Shown piece by piece: positions 56,821 through 64,000 of a DNA stretch of 64,000 nt. How positions within the stretch are numbered: position 1 is the first letter of the stretch; the number at the start of each line of letters is the position of its first letter. A program made the position numbers and the translations under genes. Source of the stretch: Emiliania huxleyi CCMP1516 (taxonomy: Eukaryota); the NCBI RefSeq assembly GCF_000372725.1, contig NW_005201421.1, positions 124,001-188,000 of the forward strand. The letters are read 5' to 3'. The notes beneath the pieces are model-generated. The model searched no databases. It was not told the origin of the DNA and worked only from the letters and a program-made list of their open reading frames with translations.

Positions 56821-59653
56821 TTAGTCGCGCTCGAAAGCGGCGAGCTCGTCAGGCGTCGGCATGGCGATTCCGTCGAGCCCGAGGTTACCCAGGCAATACC
56901 GCGCCTTGATTTGCCCGCAGCAGATGCCATCCTGCATGCACTCGACGTCCCAGCAGCGCTGCCAGGCGACACCGCTCTGCAGGTCGACCGTGATCATCGT
57001 CTTGTTGGACATGTGCGCCGCGCCCTTGTGGAAGCAGAAACGGGTGCCCCGCGCGGTCAGGTGCAGCAGCCGCTCCGACGGGTTCCCGGCGCGCACGTAC
57101 GTCCACATCTCGACGCTGCAGCCGGGCGCAGCTCCGGGCCAGCTTGCGAACTTGGCCGCGGCCCAGGCAGCCACCTTGTCCAGCGGCGACGGCGGCGCGC
57201 CTTTGCCCTTTCGCGTGGACTCGAGGAAGGGGTGCGGCACCTTTGGCCAGTCGCGCAGTGGGGCGTCCGTCACCTGATCGTACTTGGCGCACCACTCTCT
57301 CAAACTAGCGCCATCGGCGTTCCTGCCGCCGCCGCCGCCGTCACGGCTGCCGGCGCCACCGCCACCGCCGTCACGGCTGCCGGCGCCTCCACCGGCGGGC
57401 AAGCTTGCGGGGGGGCGACGGGGCGCTGCGGGGGCGTCGCGCGGCAGCTCGAGCGTCGCCCAAGCGCGCGGGCCGTCGGCGAGCCCGCCGCCCGCCGCGG
57501 CGCACGGCGCGAGCTCCGGGTTGACGAGGGAGAGGCGCAGCTGCGCGGAGAGAGGTAGGGACGAGGGCCGGCTGCCGAGCAGTCCGGGCAGGCTGGTCGC
57601 GCCGTCGGACAGCGTGAGCACGGCAGTCGACCCGAGCTTGGACGAGCCCACCAGCCGGAAGGCGCGGTTGCACGAGTAGACCGACTTGTCGACGAAGCAT
57701 GCCACGCCGCCGCCGCCGCGCCTGTCGACGTCCAGCTGCTGGCCGAGCCGAGCGATCACCGCCTTGGCGACGCGCCCCGCCTGCTCCTGGCTGGCGAGCA
57801 GCAGCGGCACGCGCGCTCCGGACGGCAGGAGCAGGTGCGGGCGGAGGATGGCGTGGCGCGACCACTTGTCGACGCGGTGCGAGTCGAGGGCAACCACCTC
57901 GACCTCGAGCCTGCCCTCGGCGACGGCGCGCCGGGCCAGCGCGGCGTCGGCGCCGTGCAGCTCGACTGCCTGCTCGGCTTCGGAGAGCGCCTCCTCGAGG
58001 ATGGCGATGGCCGTATCGACCACGAGGGTGCTCAGCCGCTCGCCGTCGACCGCCAGGTTGAGAGTCGCGCTGCGCACGAACTCGAGGTCAAAGTAGACCC
58101 AGCACGGCAGCGCGGCGTCGATCACCTCGTACGCGTTGCGGCTCGCGGGGGGCAAGCCCTCGTACAACGCAGCAAAGACGGGGGCGCTCGCAGCGACGTA
58201 CGCCTTTGGCGCGCCGCCGCCGCCTCTGCTCGGCAAGTCGAACGCCCACGCACGCGACGCGCCGCTGCGGTCCTCCTTGATCTCGCTGCGGCACGCGTCG
58301 AGCCTCTTGTGGATGCTCGCCGACGATCCGCGCGCCGCCTCGGCCCACATGTCTGCGGGGTCGGAGGAGGCCGGCGGCGGCGCCTGCCGCTGTGGCGGCG
58401 GCTGCGCCCGCTGCTTGCGGCGAGCCGCGAGCTGCTGCCGCGGCTGCACCTCCGCCGCCGCCGCCGCGATGCTCTCGAGCTGGGGCCTGGCTCCAGAGCC
58501 GTGGCCGATCTGCGGGTACGGGTGCCCGAGGCCGCACGCAGGACACAGGTCGGAAAACGAGAGCCGGTCCTCGCCGCCGCTCGCTCCTCGTGAGAGATGG
58601 TCGGCGCCGCCGCACGGGCAGTACCAGTCGTTGTGCAACGAGACCTGACAGAAAGGCAGCCCGCCGTACGCAAAGGCAGCGGCTGCATCCTGGAGCACGC
58701 CGGGGCCCTCAATGAAGGCCTCGAAGCAGCGGTTCAACCCCTTGGGCGCGACCGCCACGATCGTTGCCATTGGCAGCAGGTAGCGCAGCTCGCGCTCGAG
58801 GGCGGGCGGGTCACAGAGAGGGTGAACAAACCGGCCGCCGCCAAGCCAGAGCTGCAGCCGCTCCACCGACTGCGGCTGCGGCGGGCGGAAGACGGGGCGC
58901 GGCTGCGGCGGCGGCGGCGGGCCGCCGTGCACGCCGCCGCCGCCGAACGCGCCACCCCCGCCGCCGTAGCCGCCTCCGTAGCCGCCGCCGTGCACGCCGC
59001 CGCCGCCGAACGCGCCGCCCCCGCCGCCGTAGCCGCCTCCGTAGCCGCCGCCGTGCATGCCGCCGCCGCCGAACGCGCCGCCCCCGCCGCCGTAGCCGCC
59101 TCCGTAGCCGCCGCCGTGCATGCCGCCGCCGCCGAACACGCCGCCGCCGCCGAACACGCGTGGCGGCGCCTGCGGCTGCGGTGCGCGGGGGCGGCGGCGA
59201 GACGCCGCCTCCGCAGCCGCTGCGATGGAGCTTGGCAGCCCCGAGCCGCACTCTGGGCACACGTCGTCGTCGCCCCGGAGCGCAGCGCCGCCGCACGGAC
59301 AGTACCACGTCTTGTTGCTCAGGGTGACCTGGCAGAAGGGCAGGCCCGCGGTGTTGCGAGCAAAGACAGCGGCTGCTTGCTGGAGCACGCCGCGGCCCTC
59401 GAGGAAGGCCTCGAAGCAGCCAGTCCGACCGAACGGTGTCACATGCACCGTGGTTGCGCAAGGCAGCACCTGGCGCAGCTCGCTCTCGAGGGCGCGCGGG
59501 TCGCAGAGGGGCGAAGTGCTGCCGCCGCCGAGAAAGAGCTGCAGCCGCTCGGCCGACGGAGCCGCCGGCGGCGGGCGCCGCCAGCCACCGCCACCCTCGT
59601 CCGCGCGCCCGCCGCCGCCGCCGCCGCCGCCCTCGGCCTCCGGCGGGCGCTTC

Positions 59654-59729
<76 letters not shown>

Positions 59730-60162
59730 GGCCGTCGTACTCGCGCCGCTTTTTCGAGTCGGAGAGCGTCTCGTGCGCCTCGTTGAGCTTCTTGAACGCC
59801 GCCTCCGCGCCGCCCGCCTTGTTCTTGTCGGGGTGCACCTCGAGCGCTAGCCGCTTGTACTTTTGCTTCGGCGCCGACGGGTCCGCGCTGACGGCTTCGG
59901 GGGTAAGGCCGAGCACCGCGTAGTGGTCGGAGGCCTCTAGGATGCGCTCGACCGCCTTGGCCCACTTTGTGCCAGGCCTGAACTCGATCAGGTCGTCCAG
60001 CGATTTGAGGAGCGCCTGCGCAGCGTTGGTCGGGTTCATGCGCTCACTCTTCTCGGCAAAGCGCTTCGCGCCGTCGAGATCGCCAGCGGCCAGCTTCCCC
60101 TGGGCGCGGCGCAGCGCCAGCGCCGCCTGCTCGGGGTCGAGGTTTGGCCCCAGGTTCTCCAT
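56821..60162 (-). CDS. J-domain / duplicated RRM-like+Zn-finger / Gly-rich / PrimPol (AEP + UL52-type Zn finger) fusion
   Basis: J domain DHYAVLG…YKRLALEVHPDKN…AFKKLNEAHETLSD. AEP motifs YEVI…VYFDLEF, KWSRHAI and FVDKSVYSCNRAFRLVGSSK. Zn finger RFC…H.SN…QRCWD.EC. One uninterrupted ORF. Confidence 0.85.
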
Positions 60163-60342
60163 CCTCGGGTGGTGGTTCCTCGGGTCGTCGTGGTGGTTCT
60201 GCGACCACTGCTCGCTCAAGCAGGTCGAGAAAAAATAATCTCCGATCCCTCCCTTCATTTGTCCCTTTTTTTTTTCCCTCGAGAGCCGGAAAAAGAGAAA
60301 AAGAAAACCCCGCTCGCAAGCCTCGCCGACACCCTTTACCGC

Positions 60343-60576
60343 GAGACAGAGGAGGAAGTGACAAGGGAGAGACCGACGAGAGTGGGACGGCCGCGAGGTG
60401 GCATGAAGGTTGCAGCGAGAAGCGGCGAGAGACTGCGAAAAGAGATACGAAGAGGCAGACTCCCCAGGGTGGGCGACGGCTAGCGCATCACACTCCTCTC
60501 CTTAAAATCCCTGTGTGGTGGCGGCGTGCCGTTCTCCCATCCCTCCCTTGGGTTGTGTGTTTTCTTTCTTTCTTTT
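60343..60576 (+). mobile_element. 5'-truncated retroelement family B with (TTTC)n tail
   Basis: ORF remnant ending RVGDG*, then a 3' UTR and tail. TSD ACCCTTTACCGC at 60331-60342 and 60577-60588. Confidence 0.8.
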
Positions 60577-60679
60577 ACCCTTTACCGCTCGCTGCCGAGA
60601 GCTCGAACGCCGGTCGGCTCTGCCGCTCCAGCATCGCCACACGCCTCGCTGATACGCGACCGCACCCAGCGTTTCGCCG

Positions 60680-62299
<1,620 letters not shown>

Positions 62300-62670
62300 C
62301 CATCAGTTGGCACAGGGGACACCGCGTGATCGGCACACAGCGGGGAACACCGTGTACGTTGGGGTGTGGGGGGGTCGGTGCCGTGTGAGGGGTGTGTCGC
62401 GTCGTAGACGTAGTGGATGTGTGTGTGACAAGCTCTAGCTGACCTGATGTTCGGCGCGTCGTCGTCGCAACAGACGGCGGCGCGCGAGATCCGGCGGCCT
62501 GGCAAAGCTACATGGCAAAGAGAAAGGGCAAAGCCAAAGGCGCGGCTCCGCAGGACAGAGAGGAGAGAGGCCGCTGCACGCGCGCGCTGGCCGGTGCGCG
62601 GTGCCGGTGCGCGGTGGGCGTGGCCGTGGGGGCTCGGGCTGGGGGGCAGCGCGAGCGATCTGAGCCCTGG

Positions 62671-64000
62671 TCCGACAGCCTGACAGCAAACCCCAGACAG
62701 CGCCTGACAGTGCCCGACAGCCTGACAGCGTTGACAGCACTTTCTCCGACAGCCTGACAGCACGTATCTGACAGCCTGACAGCAGAGCCTGACATCAGAG
62801 AGGTGACCCGTCGCTGTCAGGCTCTAACGTGACAGCCTGACAGCTGCCCGACAGCCCGACAGCACACAGTGGCCTGACAGCAGCGCTGACAGCCCGACAG
62901 CCCGACCAGCCCGACAGCAGCACAGACCGTACACAGGCTGTGCAGCCTCTTTCTTGTGCCCCATGAGGGTATAACAAAACTATTACATGCAAAGACATGT
63001 GAGTGTGGTCCATGTCCATGTAGTCATGTGGGATGGTCATGGGTCTCTCTTTCAACCCTCCCGCCCCACCTCTGCGGACCCGCGGCTGTGCTACTACACA
63101 CCAGCTAGCCTTCTGGGGCCCTACAGATCAGTCATATGGCTAGGGTGGGGGTGGCCGCCGCCGTCTGTGCCGCCGCCGCCGCCTGCGCCTGCGCCGCCAT
63201 CTGCGCTCCCCCCAGGCGGCCGCCGCCGCCGCCGGCACGGTAGACGCGCGCCGCGCCACTGGCAGCTCGAGCGCAGAGTACCTGCGCCAGCTCTCGATGA
63301 GTCAGCGCAGCAACGGGGTCTTCATCAATGACCCCAAGGGCCTCTTTATCCTCCGGTGGTGTACCGTGAGGTGAAGGGTGACGGGACCCCCCCAGACGGC
63401 CCGCACTACCAGAACAGAGCGTGCAAGAACTAACAAGCTGACGACTCGAGCGACAACGATGGGGAGGCCTTCCGCTGGACCAGCAACTACCAGATCATCA
63501 GCAAGGTGTACCTGAAGAAGCACTCCCTCCTTCCTCTCTGCTATTCTCTCAGTGCGGCAGACAAGAAGATGGTGACGTCCACCATGAAAAGGATGGTGGG
63601 ACCGGAGGCAGAGTAGAGACTGAGTATGTGTAGTAGAGTCCTGCTGGTATCCTCTTGATAGTGTCATAAGTGTGGCTGGTGTGTGTCAGAGCCTGACAGC
63701 GCCCCGGACAGCACCACCTGACAGCTCCTGATAGCACCGGCCCTACGTCTGACAGCAGCAGCAGCCTGACAGCTCTGACAGCTCCGATAGCGTCTGACAG
63801 CAACACCCGACAGCTCCGACAGCACCCGACAGCTACAGATCACCTCTGGCTAGCCCTCTGATGTCAGACAAGCACCCGACAGCACCCGACAGCACCCGAC
63901 AGCACTGACAGCACCTGACAGCTGGTCTGACAGAGGCACCTGACAGTGTCTGACAGCTGCCCGACAGCCCGACAGATCACCTGACAGCACCTGTGACAGC
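62671..64000. repeat. Two arrays of (C/T)GACAG-core repeats (about 62671-62925 and 63690-64000) around a decayed coding fragment
   Basis: Dozens of ctgacag/ccgacag units. A frameshifted protein-like stretch lies at about 63325-63615. Confidence 0.75.

Noticed and set aside
56188..59965. Long overlapping antisense or alternative-frame ORFs (here and throughout the window)
   Set aside because: They are Arg/Pro/Ala-rich shadows of real genes caused by stop-codon scarcity at high GC, and carry no motifs.

Overview
This is a very GC-rich, intron-containing eukaryotic window with two N gaps. The frequent GC/GA-donor introns, intronic satellites such as (GGGAGATATG)n and the gene families suggest a haptophyte alga like Emiliania/Gephyrocapsa huxleyi; that assignment is inference. 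Genes supported by motifs are a PDZ protein, an FkbM methyltransferase, a multi-exon GH2 glycosidase, several ankyrin-repeat paralogues and a double Zn(II)2Cys6 transcription factor. Also present are a TPR protein, an F-box/RCC1 protein, a large BRCT+B3+Tudor-like protein, a GT13 GnT-I, an alkaline ceramidase, a RING-CH protein, a J-domain/PrimPol fusion and a Vta1-like protein. The window is full of mobile DNA. The four most notable items are: (1) an apparently intact 4.9-kb DNA transposon (39203-44116; 18-bp TIRs, 7-bp TSD) whose hAT-like DDE transposase carries a C-terminal chromodomain; (2) a recurrent intron architecture made of a duplicate of the next exon's start plus a shared ~40-nt module ending in AG, which looks like an intron-generating element; (3) a J-domain + duplicated RRM-like/Zn-finger + Gly-rich + PrimPol fusion ORF; (4) several families of 5'-truncated non-LTR retroelement stubs with TSDs, clustered just upstream of genes. 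All coordinates and splice sites were read by eye, and no database searches were run.
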